Program-made: the position numbers and the translations under genes
Shown here: positions 8,329 to 17,626 of the stretch, one piece after another
Layout of the letters: each line of letters starts with the position of its first letter
Numbering within the stretch: position 1 is the first letter of the stretch
The notes under the pieces: model-generated
The model's database searches: none
What the model saw: the letters and a program-made list of their open reading frames with translations, nothing else
Told to the model about the DNA's origin: nothing
From: Acidaminobacteraceae bacterium
GTDB taxonomy: Bacteria; Bacillota; Clostridia; Peptostreptococcales; Acidaminobacteraceae
Length of the DNA stretch: 36,478 bases
Reading direction: 5' to 3'
Assembly (NCBI GenBank): GCA_049647005.1
Contig: JBARWW010000214.1
Coordinates: forward strand, 1-36,478

Positions 8329-9129
8329 TTATGAGTACATATGAAGAATAATTTTAATTCTATCTTTTTTTGTATGTGTACCTATTTCGCTAAGAAGAAT
8401 ACGACCATTACCTCTACAAGAGATCAGATCCCCAGCTTCTAACATTTTAGAAGCACTCTCAACTAAAATATGATTAACTTTAACTTTAGAGGACTTTACC
8501 ATCTTAAGTGCATCGCTTCTAGATAGATTAAATCCAGAGGCAATTATACTATCTAGTCTTAAAGATTTTACAGTGTCTGTTTTAATTTTAAATTCTTCTT
8601 CTATATGGACAAAACTCTCAAGTGCTACTTTTGTAATATCACACTTGTTCCGTGAAATTTTTTCAAGGTTTGCGCTTATATAAGCTTCCATAGGAGCCGC
8701 TACAAACATCTGAATTAACCTATCGACGATAATAATATCGCCAACTATGTCTCTTTTAATTCCAAGTCCCATAACTGATCCAAGGACATCTCTGTGGCTT
8801 GGTTCATAGCTTTTATTAGTTGTTTTTATATGTAGTAGTGAAAGTGGAAATTCTATATCCCCTTCACTAAGATACTCAGGATATATTGCTATCATAGCGT
8901 AATCTGGATTATCATGACCACCAGAAACTGAGTATGATACATCTGTACTAAAGGAAGTTAATATAGAAGCCATGACAGCCTCAACTTCTGATGAAACAAA
9001 TGAACTAAAGCATATCACATGACTTTTTATAACAGTTTCGACTTTATCTAAAAGATTAAAGATAATGATTTTAGCATCATTATCTAAATTAAATCCTTTA
9101 ATTATATTTTCTTTATTGATAAGCCCCAT
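8329..9129 (-). CDS. ylmH: YlmH-family RNA-binding protein (S4 domain)
   Basis: 266 aa. C-terminal S4-like module is LRLDSIIASGFNLSRSDALKMVKSSKVKVNH. Position between ylmG and divIVA matches the B. subtilis ylm operon. Confidence 0.8.
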   Translation of the reverse strand: MGLINKENIIKGFNLDNDAKIIIFNLLDKVETVIKSHVICFSSFVSSEVEAVMASILTSFSTDVSYSVSGGHDNPDYAMIAIYPEYLSEGDIEFPLSLLHIKTTNKSYEPSHRDVLGSVMGLGIKRDIVGDIIIVDRLIQMFVAAPMEAYISANLEKISRNKCDITKVALESFVHIEEEFKIKTDTVKSLRLDSIIASGFNLSRSDALKMVKSSKVKVNHILVESASKMLEAGDLISCRGNGRILLSEIGTHTKKDRIKIILHMYS

Positions 9130-9132
9130 AAC

Positions 9133-9393
9133 TTATACTAGCAATCCAAGGACGAATCCACCAAGCATTTGTATAAGTAGCATAGCCACAATTGGAGAGA
9201 AGTCTAAAGTACCACCAACACCAACTTTAGTTAAAACCATTCTTATAGGACCAAGTATAGGTTCTGTAACTTGATATATAAGCTGAACTATAGGATTACT
9301 ATAGTCTTTTACAATCCAACTCATCATAACTCTAGCAAAAATCAAAAAATTCATTACACTTAAAAAATAACTTACTGTTCTATATAGTAACAA
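9133..9393 (-). CDS. yggT: YggT/YlmG family membrane protein
   Basis: 86 aa with two hydrophobic helices. The motif VQLIYQVTEPILGPIR is typical of YggT. Position between sepF and ylmH. Confidence 0.85.
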   Translation of the reverse strand: MLLYRTVSYFLSVMNFLIFARVMMSWIVKDYSNPIVQLIYQVTEPILGPIRMVLTKVGVGGTLDFSPIVAMLLIQMLGGFVLGLLV

Positions 9394-9404
9394 TTCTGCA
9401 CCGC

Positions 9405-9929
9405 CTATTCTCTAGTAGTTGTATTAAAATTAAATATACCCTTGTTTTGAAGCTCAGTTTTAACATCTCCTGATACATCAATGTTTTTGGGTGCAAGAAC
9501 AAATATACCTCTTGATACCTGTTGTATATGGCCATCTAATGCATAAAGTGCACCACTACAGAAATCAAATATTTTTCTTGCAAGTTCACGATCTATTGGT
9601 TCTATATTTAGAATTACTGGTTTTTGCGCTTTTAAATGATCTACAATTGATCTACTATCATCAAATGTTTTTGGCTCTATACATATAACCTTCATATTTG
9701 TCGATGGCTGTGGTTTATTAAAGTTAACAATTTTATTTGGACTTGGTGTTTGTGTTGTTGTATTAGTATGTGATTTAACATCTTTACTCGAAGGATATAA
9801 AGTACTCGCTGTTGGCTGCGAATAAGTGTTATCAGTATCTTCTAAATCTTCTTCACCGTATTCATCCTCTTCTTCATAAGGTCCAAGACCCATAAAGAAC
9901 TTTACTTTATCCATAAACTTCTCTGCCAT
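9405..9929 (-). CDS. sepF: cell division protein SepF
   Basis: 174 aa. N-terminal amphipathic helix is KFMDKVKFFMGLG. A low-complexity linker follows. The conserved C-terminal domain is VICIEPKTFDDSRSIVDHLKAQKPVILNI...DFCSGALYALDGHIQQVSRGIFVLAP. Confidence 0.9.
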   Translation of the reverse strand: MAEKFMDKVKFFMGLGPYEEEDEYGEEDLEDTDNTYSQPTASTLYPSSKDVKSHTNTTTQTPSPNKIVNFNKPQPSTNMKVICIEPKTFDDSRSIVDHLKAQKPVILNIEPIDRELARKIFDFCSGALYALDGHIQQVSRGIFVLAPKNIDVSGDVKTELQNKGIFNFNTTTRE

Positions 9930-9949
9930 ATGTAAATCCCCCTAATAAT

Positions 9950-10654
9950 TTATTTAGCGTAATCTCTTTTTCCATATATACCAGTACCTACACGAACTAT
10001 GTTAGCACCTTCTTCTATCGCAATTTCATAGTCACTCGTCATACCCATAGATAAATACTTCATTTCTACATTATTATAAGTATTATTCTTCACCGAGTCA
10101 AAAATATCCTTCATTTGTTTGAAATACTTTCGAATTTCTTCATCTTCTAAATCAAATGGAGCTATATTCATAAGACCTTTTACTTTTATATTCTCAAGTT
10201 TATCAATATCATTAAGCAAATCATAGAAGTCATTAGTATCTACGCCTGACTTTTGCTCTTCTTTTGCAACATTTATCTGTATAAGAACATTTGCAGTGAT
10301 TTCATGAGATTTTGCTCTCTTAGAAATCTCGCTTGCGAGTTTTAAATTATCAACCGAATGAATAAGAGCTACTTTATCAATAATATATTTTACCTTATTT
10401 GACTGCAAATGACCAATCAAATGCCAATCTACAGGATCAATATTATCAAATTTTCGTTGGATTTCTTGAACTTTATTCTCACCAATAGCAGTTACACCAA
10501 GTTTTATACTCTCGTTTATAATATCCTCATCAATAGTTTTTGATACCGATACTAGTGTAATTTCGCTAGGATTTTTTCCAATTTTCTCACACGCTCGTTT
10601 TATATTTGCATTAACTAACGCAAGATTTTCTTCTAAATAATTCAAATCTAACAC
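9950..10654 (-). CDS. yggS: YggS/YlmE family pyridoxal-phosphate homeostasis protein
   Basis: 234 aa. PLP lysine context is LVSVSKT. Also has WHLIGHLQSNKVKY and SMGMTSDYEIAIEEGANIVRVGTGIYG. The ORF-track start is a GTG directly abutting AAGAG. A TTG at 10645, 6 nt after AAGAGGTG, is an equally good or better start. Confidence 0.88.
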   Translation of the reverse strand: MLDLNYLEENLALVNANIKRACEKIGKNPSEITLVSVSKTIDEDIINESIKLGVTAIGENKVQEIQRKFDNIDPVDWHLIGHLQSNKVKYIIDKVALIHSVDNLKLASEISKRAKSHEITANVLIQINVAKEEQKSGVDTNDFYDLLNDIDKLENIKVKGLMNIAPFDLEDEEIRKYFKQMKDIFDSVKNNTYNNVEMKYLSMGMTSDYEIAIEEGANIVRVGTGIYGKRDYAK

Positions 10655-10657
10655 CTC

Positions 10658-11920
10658 TTAATTAATTTTGTCACCATTTCTATATAGGGCACCTTCTTTA
10701 ACCACAGAATCAGTTAAATCAACAGTTTTTTTTCTTACTCTTTCACCGTCTACATCTATATAAATATAACCATCTTTTATAATAGAATATTTATCATCTT
10801 TACCAAGAATTGCAATTGGCTTAAAGACTGCTTTATTATTAAGGCCAAGTACATAAACGCCTATAATACCATTTTCCTCAATTATAGATGTATTTTCAAT
10901 CTTAAGTCCCTGATAGTTATCTCTAATTATCTTCGCATCAACAAATCTCTTTCTATAAAACTCGCTGTACTGCTCTGTAAGCTTTATAATAAGAGCACCA
11001 TTTGAACCCGATGGAAATACATCTGCAATAATTCCACTAAGTTTTTGATCATCAATTTCAACTTCAATTTTTTGATTTTTCTCATATAAATTTATATCAT
11101 CCACATCTATAATCGATACTAAAAACCAAGCTGTATTATCCACAATCTTATATACCGGACTACCTGCAATTATTCGATTAGAAGTTAAACTTTTACTAGC
11201 CACTTCCGAATTAATAACAGCCTCATAGTTGATATTATAAATCTGCTCAATAGTAAGTGCACTCTCAAGTCCATCAGAATTAAATGTAACAATACCTGAT
11301 TCTGGCGAGTAGAAATTAACCTCGGCTCCAACTTTCGTATCTGCGCCTCCGACGTAGCTCTCTTTAAAACTAGAATCACCACTGTCTATTAGTTTTTTAC
11401 TAGATAACATAGATTTTTTCTTTTCAAGCAATATATCTAAATCATTTTTAAGCTGACTTACTAAAAGAAAATTCTTTTCATCCAGTTGAACATTTATCTT
11501 CTCAACTTTAGCAAGTATCTCAGTCTCAATACCTTCTATATCAAGTCTAATCATATTCTGATATGAACTTATATCTAATGTCTCTTCAACAACAGAACTC
11601 ATATCACTATTCTCATGAGTTACTGATGCTATCTTAAGCCCCTTTTTAACACGGTCACCTTCGTTTACTAAGTACTTTACTGGCCCTGTCGAATTTGAGC
11701 TAATCATAGTTTCTTTTCTAAATATAATACTACTATAGGTTTCGTTAAGATTTAAGGTATCATAATCTGGACTATACATCTTTTCAGATGATAAAAAAGA
11801 CGATACAACAAGCTTTACGATAACATATAATATAAGTCCTATTATAACCATAGTACGCATTAATCGTCTAAAACGGACTCTAGCTTTTCTTTGTTTTGAA
11901 TTTATTCTTTTATTTGACAT
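10658..11920 (-). CDS. HlyD-like membrane-fusion (periplasmic adaptor) family protein, orphan
   Basis: 420 aa. Basic N-terminus plus one TM helix (MVIIGLILYVIVKLVVSSFL). Lipoyl-like barrel-sandwich hairpin is VKYLVNEGDRVKKGLKIASV. A central coiled-coil is followed by a C-terminal beta-rich region. SD GAGGG lies upstream. The stop is only 3 nt from the ylmE ORF start. Confidence 0.6.
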   Translation of the reverse strand: MSNKRINSKQRKARVRFRRLMRTMVIIGLILYVIVKLVVSSFLSSEKMYSPDYDTLNLNETYSSIIFRKETMISSNSTGPVKYLVNEGDRVKKGLKIASVTHENSDMSSVVEETLDISSYQNMIRLDIEGIETEILAKVEKINVQLDEKNFLLVSQLKNDLDILLEKKKSMLSSKKLIDSGDSSFKESYVGGADTKVGAEVNFYSPESGIVTFNSDGLESALTIEQIYNINYEAVINSEVASKSLTSNRIIAGSPVYKIVDNTAWFLVSIIDVDDINLYEKNQKIEVEIDDQKLSGIIADVFPSGSNGALIIKLTEQYSEFYRKRFVDAKIIRDNYQGLKIENTSIIEENGIIGVYVLGLNNKAVFKPIAILGKDDKYSIIKDGYIYIDVDGERVRKKTVDLTDSVVKEGALYRNGDKIN

Positions 11921-12022
11921 ATAATCCCTCTACTTAATTATACTAACGCTATATAAATTATACTTTAATTCTGCGACAATATCTAGTTATATCAGCATCT
12001 TTACTAGTAACATTTACATAAA

Positions 12023-12051
12023 AGAGCTACCAATTTGAAATCGGTAGCTCT
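12023..12051 (-). terminator. rho-independent terminator after the small membrane protein gene
   Basis: On the minus strand, AGAGCTACCGATTTCAAATTGGTAGCTCT (9-10 bp stem) followed by TTTAT. It starts 4 nt after the TAA at 12056-12058. Confidence 0.55.
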
Positions 12052-12055
12052 AATT

Positions 12056-12424
12056 TTAAAATATTCTTCCGTATTTAGATGTTACTTTCAACTTTTTTAT
12101 AGTTGGTATGCTAAGTTCTAGTACTTCATCTTCTCTAGTTACAAGACATAATGAATTATTATTTTTCTTTGCACCAACTAAAGTTCCTTTTATAAGTTTA
12201 TTATTTCTTAGATGTACTTTAATCTCATCACCTATATTAAGTTTGGTATTACCTAGTTTAAATATCTTATAGTCAATTTCATCAATCAGCTTTTGAGTAA
12301 TTATTTTGCTTTTAATATTGATTTTATTATTTCTAAAATCAGTTTTTTCTTTTATTACTGAAAGCAAATATCCTAAAAACGAAATAATTAGAAAAAGTTC
12401 AAGTATAATCATCAAATAATTCAA
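12056..12424 (-). CDS. hypothetical small membrane-anchored protein
   Basis: The ORF track gives 12056..12463. AAGGAG lies inside that extension, 9 nt upstream of a TTG at 12424; the ATG at 12412 is an alternative. One N-terminal TM helix (IILELFLIISFLGYLLSVI), then a small soluble domain (IGDEIKVHLRNNKLIKGTLVG...). No family recognised. Confidence 0.55.
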   Translation of the reverse strand: MNYLMIILELFLIISFLGYLLSVIKEKTDFRNNKINIKSKIITQKLIDEIDYKIFKLGNTKLNIGDEIKVHLRNNKLIKGTLVGAKKNNNSLCLVTREDEVLELSIPTIKKLKVTSKYGRIF

Positions 12425-12537
12425 TATCGTCAACTCCTTATAATAAATACAATTGCAGCGCATATTTTATGATTTTATTTAAATCAAATATACCTATTAT
12501 AAATTTAATTATATATTATATCTATTAATTTGCAAAT

Positions 12538-13560
12538 TTATTTCCAATCATCAAATGTTTCTGATAGTTCCTCATGTTCATGAGTTCTTTTTCTCATCAT
12601 AAGATTCTTTACAGATTCTCTTGCATCTTGCCCTTCATATATAACCTTATATAATTCAGCTGTTATAGGCATACTCACATTGTATTTAAGTGATAACTCA
12701 TAAGCAGATTTAATTGTATAAAACCCTTCAACTACCATTCCAATTTCAGCTAGAGCATCTTCAACAGCTACTCCTTGGCCTATAAGTATTCCACATCTAC
12801 GATTTCTTGAGTGCATACTTGTACATGTAACTATTAAGTCACCTATACCACTAAGGCCTTTAAAAGTATTCTCACTTGCACCCATCTCTTTACCAAGTCG
12901 AGCAATTTCATAAATTCCACGTGTTATAAGAGCAGCTTTAGCATTGTCTCCAAAACCGAGACCATCGCTTATACCAGCACCAAGTGCAATGATATTCTTA
13001 AGTGATCCACCAACCTCAACTCCTATTACATCAGGATTCGTATATATTCTTAGGTTTGAGTTAGCAAATACATCTTGTATTAACTCTGCAGTTTCTTTAC
13101 TTTTACTAGCAGAAACTAGTGTCGTTGGTATCTCAGCAGAAACTTCTTCAGCATGCGATGGTCCTGAGAGTGATACAAATGCATTGTTTGGACAAAACTC
13201 TTTTATAAGCTCAGATATAGTTTTAAGAGTGCCTATTTCTATACCTTTAGAAACGTTTACAAATATCTGATCTTCCTCTACATCGTCTTTTATAACATCC
13301 ATAACACTACGAACAGCTTGCGATGCTACAGATATAAGAATAACTCTAGTATCTTTTATCGCATCTTTTATGTCATAGAAAAATTCAATGTTCTTATCTA
13401 GCGATACACCAGGAAGATATTTTCCGTTTTCTTTATGGGTTCTCATATATTCTATGTCGGATTTATTTCTAGTCCACATCTTAACCTTGTGGTCATTATT
13501 TATGAGAACATGAGCAAGTGCAGTTCCCCAACTACCAGCTCCAAGTACAGCTATGTTCAT
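12538..13560 (-). CDS. gpsA: NAD(P)H-dependent glycerol-3-phosphate dehydrogenase
   Basis: The ORF track gives 12538..13608. The ATG at 13560 (MNIAVLGAGSWGTALA, a Rossmann GxGxxG at the N-terminus as in homologues) is preceded by GAAGGTG. Also has GPSHAEEV, KNIIALGAGISDGLGFGDNAKAALITRG and GDLIVTCTS. Confidence 0.93.
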   Translation of the reverse strand: MNIAVLGAGSWGTALAHVLINNDHKVKMWTRNKSDIEYMRTHKENGKYLPGVSLDKNIEFFYDIKDAIKDTRVILISVASQAVRSVMDVIKDDVEEDQIFVNVSKGIEIGTLKTISELIKEFCPNNAFVSLSGPSHAEEVSAEIPTTLVSASKSKETAELIQDVFANSNLRIYTNPDVIGVEVGGSLKNIIALGAGISDGLGFGDNAKAALITRGIYEIARLGKEMGASENTFKGLSGIGDLIVTCTSMHSRNRRCGILIGQGVAVEDALAEIGMVVEGFYTIKSAYELSLKYNVSMPITAELYKVIYEGQDARESVKNLMMRKRTHEHEELSETFDDWK

Positions 13561-13825
13561 AATTACACCTTCTCTTTTAGGATTAGAAATACATTCAAAA
13601 GCTCTCATAGCGAGATTCTATCTACACATATTTCTTTTTATTAAGCACGAAAATTTATAGTCTAAATTTAATATAATGATTTCACATAACTAATATTATA
13701 ACATGCTTTTATTTATAATGCATCTTACTTTATACTTTGCGGGTATATTAAGTCCCACAAGGAATATTAAAAAATTATATTTTTGAGTTTCTATTTTCAT
13801 CTCTAATAGCTCCGCAAAGTTTTCG

Positions 13826-13865
13826 TAAAAAAATAACACCCCAAAACATGTTTGAAAGTGTTATT
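13826..13865 (-). terminator. rho-independent terminator after der
   Basis: On the minus strand, AATAACAC...(palindromic AAACATGTTT core)...GTGTTATT followed by TTTTTTT. It lies about 45 nt after the der stop. Confidence 0.65.
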
Positions 13866-13908
13866 AATATTATTTATTTAATTATAATTAATTTATTATC
13901 TATATTTA

Positions 13909-15252
13909 CTATCTCTTACCTTTAGTAAATATCATTTTTTCTCTTTCGCGAACGATGAATCTAATTGGTGTACCAACAAAGTCAAAGCCACGTCTAATTG
14001 AATTCTCTAAGTATCTAACATAAGAGAAGTGAGCTAAATCTTTGTTGTTTACAAATAGTATAAACGTAGGTGGTTTTATTGATGCTTGTGTGCAATAGAA
14101 GATTTTTAATCTAACACCTTTATCTGATGGTGGTTGATTGATCATGATAGCATCATTAAGTACATCGTTAAGTAATCCAGTTGGAATTCGCTTAGAGTGC
14201 TCATTAGCAACATGCTTAATCTTCTCAAGTAATGTAAATACTCTTTGTCCTGTAAGTGCTGAAACTAGAACTATCGGTGCATAAGTCATATATGCGAGAT
14301 CATTTCTAACTATATCAGCGTATTTTTTGAAAGTGTTATTATCTTTTTCAATTAAGTCCCACTTATTTACTACGATTATTACAGCTTTTCCAGCTTCATG
14401 AGCGTAACCTGCAACCTTAGTATCCTGCTCTGTAACACCTTCTAAGGCATCAATTACGATAAGGCATACATCACTTCTCTCAATTGCAGTAAGTGCTCTA
14501 AGAACACTATATTTCTCAATAGATTCGTTTACTCTACTTTTTCTTCTAATTCCAGCAGTATCGATAAATACAAACTTATCTCCATTGGCTTCAAAAGGAG
14601 TATCAATCGCATCTCTTGTTGTTCCTGCAACTTCACTTACAATTACTCTTTTCTCACCTAAGATTTTATTGATAATAGATGATTTTCCAGAATTGGGCTT
14701 ACCGATTAAAGCAACTTTAATTACATCTGAGTCATCTTCTTCATCTGCATTTTTAGGGAAGTAAGATACTATTTCATCAAGTAAATCTCCAAGGTTAAGT
14801 GCATTAACTGAAGAAATTGGAACCGGAGTTCCTATACCTAAATTGTAATAATCATAAAAATGTTCTGGTAAATCAATGATATTATCTACCTTATTTACAA
14901 CTAAAACTACATCCTTTTTACTTCTTCTAAGCATTTGTGCAATCTCTTCATCTGCACTACTATATTCGTATTTACCATCTAACATAAATACAATTACATC
15001 AGCTGTATCAATCGCTACCTGCGCTTGGTCACGCATCTGGCTCATGATTATATCAGTACTATCTGGCTCAATACCACCAGTATCTATCATAGTAAATTTA
15101 TGTGTTAACCACTCAACATCTGCGTACACTCTATCTCTTGTAACACCAGGAGTATCTTCAACAATTGAAATTCTTCTACCTGCTATTCTATTAAAAAACG
15201 TTGATTTCCCAACGTTTGGTCTACCTACTACTGCAACTATAGGTTTACTCAT
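13909..15252 (-). CDS. der: ribosome-biogenesis GTPase Der (EngA), tandem GTPase domains plus KH-like domain
   Basis: 447 aa. Two P-loops: GRPNVGKST and GKPNSGKSS. Two DTxG and NKxD sets: DTGG/NKVD and DTAG/NKWD. SD GGAGGTG lies upstream. Confidence 0.95.
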   Translation of the reverse strand: MSKPIVAVVGRPNVGKSTFFNRIAGRRISIVEDTPGVTRDRVYADVEWLTHKFTMIDTGGIEPDSTDIIMSQMRDQAQVAIDTADVIVFMLDGKYEYSSADEEIAQMLRRSKKDVVLVVNKVDNIIDLPEHFYDYYNLGIGTPVPISSVNALNLGDLLDEIVSYFPKNADEEDDSDVIKVALIGKPNSGKSSIINKILGEKRVIVSEVAGTTRDAIDTPFEANGDKFVFIDTAGIRRKSRVNESIEKYSVLRALTAIERSDVCLIVIDALEGVTEQDTKVAGYAHEAGKAVIIVVNKWDLIEKDNNTFKKYADIVRNDLAYMTYAPIVLVSALTGQRVFTLLEKIKHVANEHSKRIPTGLLNDVLNDAIMINQPPSDKGVRLKIFYCTQASIKPPTFILFVNNKDLAHFSYVRYLENSIRRGFDFVGTPIRFIVREREKMIFTKGKR

Positions 15253-15357
15253 ATTGCACCTCCGTAATTCTTTATTTGTATAGAAGAAAGCTACTTCTAT
15301 AATTATCGTCTAATATTTTAACGCGCCTTACTCTTTCTATGACTTCTAGTTAAAGTT

Positions 15358-16680
15358 CTAGCTTAGACAACCATTTAGAAAATCATAACCTTCAACTTCA
15401 ACTACTTTGATCTCAACACCTAATCTCTTAGATAAGTCTTCCACGCTAACATCATCTAGAAATACGTTTTCATCTGATTTCATCATTGATTTTGGTATTA
15501 AAAGAACGTCGCCTACATTCTTTCCTTGCAATTGCTTGTAGATATCTACACTAGTAAGTAATCCAGCAACAGTTATCGTATGACCAAAGAAATCATTTAA
15601 TATATGATACACATTTATCTCTAGTGACTTATCATAAGACATAGCCATCTCAGCAATTTCACTCATAAACTTATACGCAGAAGCTCCTGTTGCAACTGTA
15701 ATGATTCTCTTTTTTTTCTCAATCGCAACTTCAAGTATATCCTCTTTAATGGCAGCCTTAATTTCTTCTTTAAATTTAACCATTAAACCAATTCCATCTT
15801 CAATCAGCTCAAATCCCTCATAAGCTTCAGCCTTTGGAAGTTCACTCTCTGCTATAACGTAAAATTCATCTGATAAAAAGACAAATCTAGATCCTGTTTT
15901 TTCTAAAAAGAACTCTTGCCATTTTTCAACTTGTTTAATTACGTCTCTCGCAGAATCACGCTCAAATGTTTCTACATCAGCAAGTCCATCTCTATACCTT
16001 GTCTTTCCTATTGGAACAATAGCTAGAGATTTAAGTCCATATTTCATATTATATAAATCTTTAAGTGTTCTATCAAGTTCCTCTTTATCATTGTATCCAG
16101 GGCAAAGAACAACCTGACCATTAACCTCTATTCTATTAGAAGTCAACTTATTTAGTCTCTCATTTATATTACCTGCAAATCTGTTATTTAACATCTTTGC
16201 ACGAAGTTTTGGATTAGTTGTGTGAATAGATACATTTATAGGACTTATGTTGTACTCTACAATTCTATCAAGTTCACTCTCAGCTACATTTGTAAGTGTA
16301 ACAAAATTACCTTGTAAAAATGATAATCTCGAATCATCATCTTTAAAATATAAGCTTTCTCTCATATTTTCAGGCAGCTGATCCACAAAACAAAATATAC
16401 AGTTATTGCTACAGTTTTTTGCATCGCTCATAATTGGATTCGAAAATTCAATTCCAATTTCTTCATCAAACTCTTTATCTATTTCATAATCCCAAATTTC
16501 GCCATCACTTTTCTCAACTTCAATTTCGATGTAATCATCAGAAACTAAAAAAAGATAGTCAATAATATCTACTACCTCGTTACCATTGATACTAAGTAGA
16601 CAATCGCCTACTACAATCCCAAGTTCACTAGCAATACTTCCCTCTAATACTTTTGAGATTACATTAGCCTTATCACTCAT
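15358..16680 (-). CDS. DUF512 domain protein (PDZ plus radical-SAM-like core)
   Basis: 440 aa. N-terminal PDZ-like region is GSIASELGIVVGDCLLSING. Cys cluster is CSNNCIFCFVDQLP. Its position directly upstream of der is common in Clostridia, from memory. Confidence 0.8.
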   Translation of the reverse strand: MSDKANVISKVLEGSIASELGIVVGDCLLSINGNEVVDIIDYLFLVSDDYIEIEVEKSDGEIWDYEIDKEFDEEIGIEFSNPIMSDAKNCSNNCIFCFVDQLPENMRESLYFKDDDSRLSFLQGNFVTLTNVAESELDRIVEYNISPINVSIHTTNPKLRAKMLNNRFAGNINERLNKLTSNRIEVNGQVVLCPGYNDKEELDRTLKDLYNMKYGLKSLAIVPIGKTRYRDGLADVETFERDSARDVIKQVEKWQEFFLEKTGSRFVFLSDEFYVIAESELPKAEAYEGFELIEDGIGLMVKFKEEIKAAIKEDILEVAIEKKKRIITVATGASAYKFMSEIAEMAMSYDKSLEINVYHILNDFFGHTITVAGLLTSVDIYKQLQGKNVGDVLLIPKSMMKSDENVFLDDVSVEDLSKRLGVEIKVVEVEGYDFLNGCLS

Positions 16681-16802
16681 TTACTCACCTTCTATCATAA
16701 AAAAGACATAATGTCTTTATCTGTAACTACATTTTTACATACTATAAGGGGCAAATTAACCCAAGATTAATAATACCCCCAAAACATCATTTCGTCAATA
16801 GA

Positions 16803-17615
16803 CTATTTAATTGTAATAATTGCGCTATGTCTACCAGTTATTCCATTTTCGATTCTATATGAAAAGAATAAATCATTATTACACATAGTACAGTTTTTAC
16901 TTATAGTTATATTAGCTTCATCAATACCCAATTCAACTAGGGTAAGTTTATTTGCAAGTTTAAGATTTAACATATATTTTCCATTTGGCTTTTCTGTGTA
17001 TAAGCCATTAGAGTTATTAAAAGAATTTATAAATTCATCTATAACATTTTTATCAACCTCATAACAACAAGAACTTGCACAAGGTCCTATTGCCACCATT
17101 ATATTTGATGGTTTTGATCCAAAATCATCCACCATATGTTTAATAACAACACTTGGTATCTTTTTAACTGTACCTCTCCAACCTGCGTGGCAATTACCTA
17201 TAACTTTTTTAATAGGATCAAAGAATACAAGAGGTACACAATCAGCATAAAAAGTCATAAGTGCCACTTCATCAACATTTGTTACCATACCATCATGTTC
17301 ATCTACAAATGTAATCATATCACTCGGATTATAAATATCACTTTTGACCTTACTAGCTATATCTTCTTTTCTAATTACTTTGATTTTATCACCATGAACT
17401 TGATTTGTTAAAAAAAGAAATTTATCTTTTAGTCCAAGTTCTTCTATAAGATAGCTGTAATTATCAAGTACAATCAAAACATCGTCTCCAGAATTAAATC
17501 CCAGATTCAAACTTTTAAATGGAGTTTCACTTTTCCCATTCAATCTGTAAGTAGTACCTGCTAAAACAGACTTATCAAAGTCATATAGTTCTAAGTATTT
17601 ACTTGAATTTTCCAT
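16803..17615 (-). CDS. pgeF: peptidoglycan editing factor PgeF (YlmD/YfiH, DUF152 family)
   Basis: 270 aa. Motifs QVHGDKI, YADCVPLVFFDP, HAGWRGT and CYEV match the YfiH/YlmD family. Confidence 0.88.
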   Translation of the reverse strand: MENSSKYLELYDFDKSVLAGTTYRLNGKSETPFKSLNLGFNSGDDVLIVLDNYSYLIEELGLKDKFLFLTNQVHGDKIKVIRKEDIASKVKSDIYNPSDMITFVDEHDGMVTNVDEVALMTFYADCVPLVFFDPIKKVIGNCHAGWRGTVKKIPSVVIKHMVDDFGSKPSNIMVAIGPCASSCCYEVDKNVIDEFINSFNNSNGLYTEKPNGKYMLNLKLANKLTLVELGIDEANITISKNCTMCNNDLFFSYRIENGITGRHSAIITIK

Positions 17616-17626
17616 AATAACACCTA

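Noticed and set aside
8650-8652. CGG-to-Trp (or other Arg-codon) reassignment, as reported for some low-GC anaerobic Firmicutes
   Set aside because: I checked CCG trinucleotides on the plus strand from the left edge through ylmH for frame. ileS has no in-frame CGG. The one in-frame CGG found (ylmH, ...KISRNKC...) sits where a basic residue is plausible. The data are too few to support any reassignment.
11185-11382. 65-aa minus-strand ORF in an alternative frame inside the HlyD-like gene
   Set aside because: It is nested out of frame within a longer ORF that has coherent domain architecture. It has no SD.
14876-15283. 135-aa plus-strand ORF antisense to der. The same class includes 431..679, 9065..9274, 9491..9688, 12944..13270, 13435..13644, 17136..17411, 17801..18043, 18918..19151, 20021..20290, 22203..22397, 24582..24803, 25356..25598, 28518..28823, 29037..29342, 30206..30457, 31215..31421, 31461..31643 and 34954..35160
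   Set aside because: All are shadow ORFs on the strand opposite well-supported conserved genes. There are no ribosome-binding sites or family resemblance.
16704-16720. Short palindrome AAGACATAATGTCTT followed by a T-run on the minus strand, just upstream of the DUF512 start
   Set aside because: The stem is only 5-7 AT-rich bp and lies 25 nt from the SD. This is too weak to call a terminator or attenuator without expression data.
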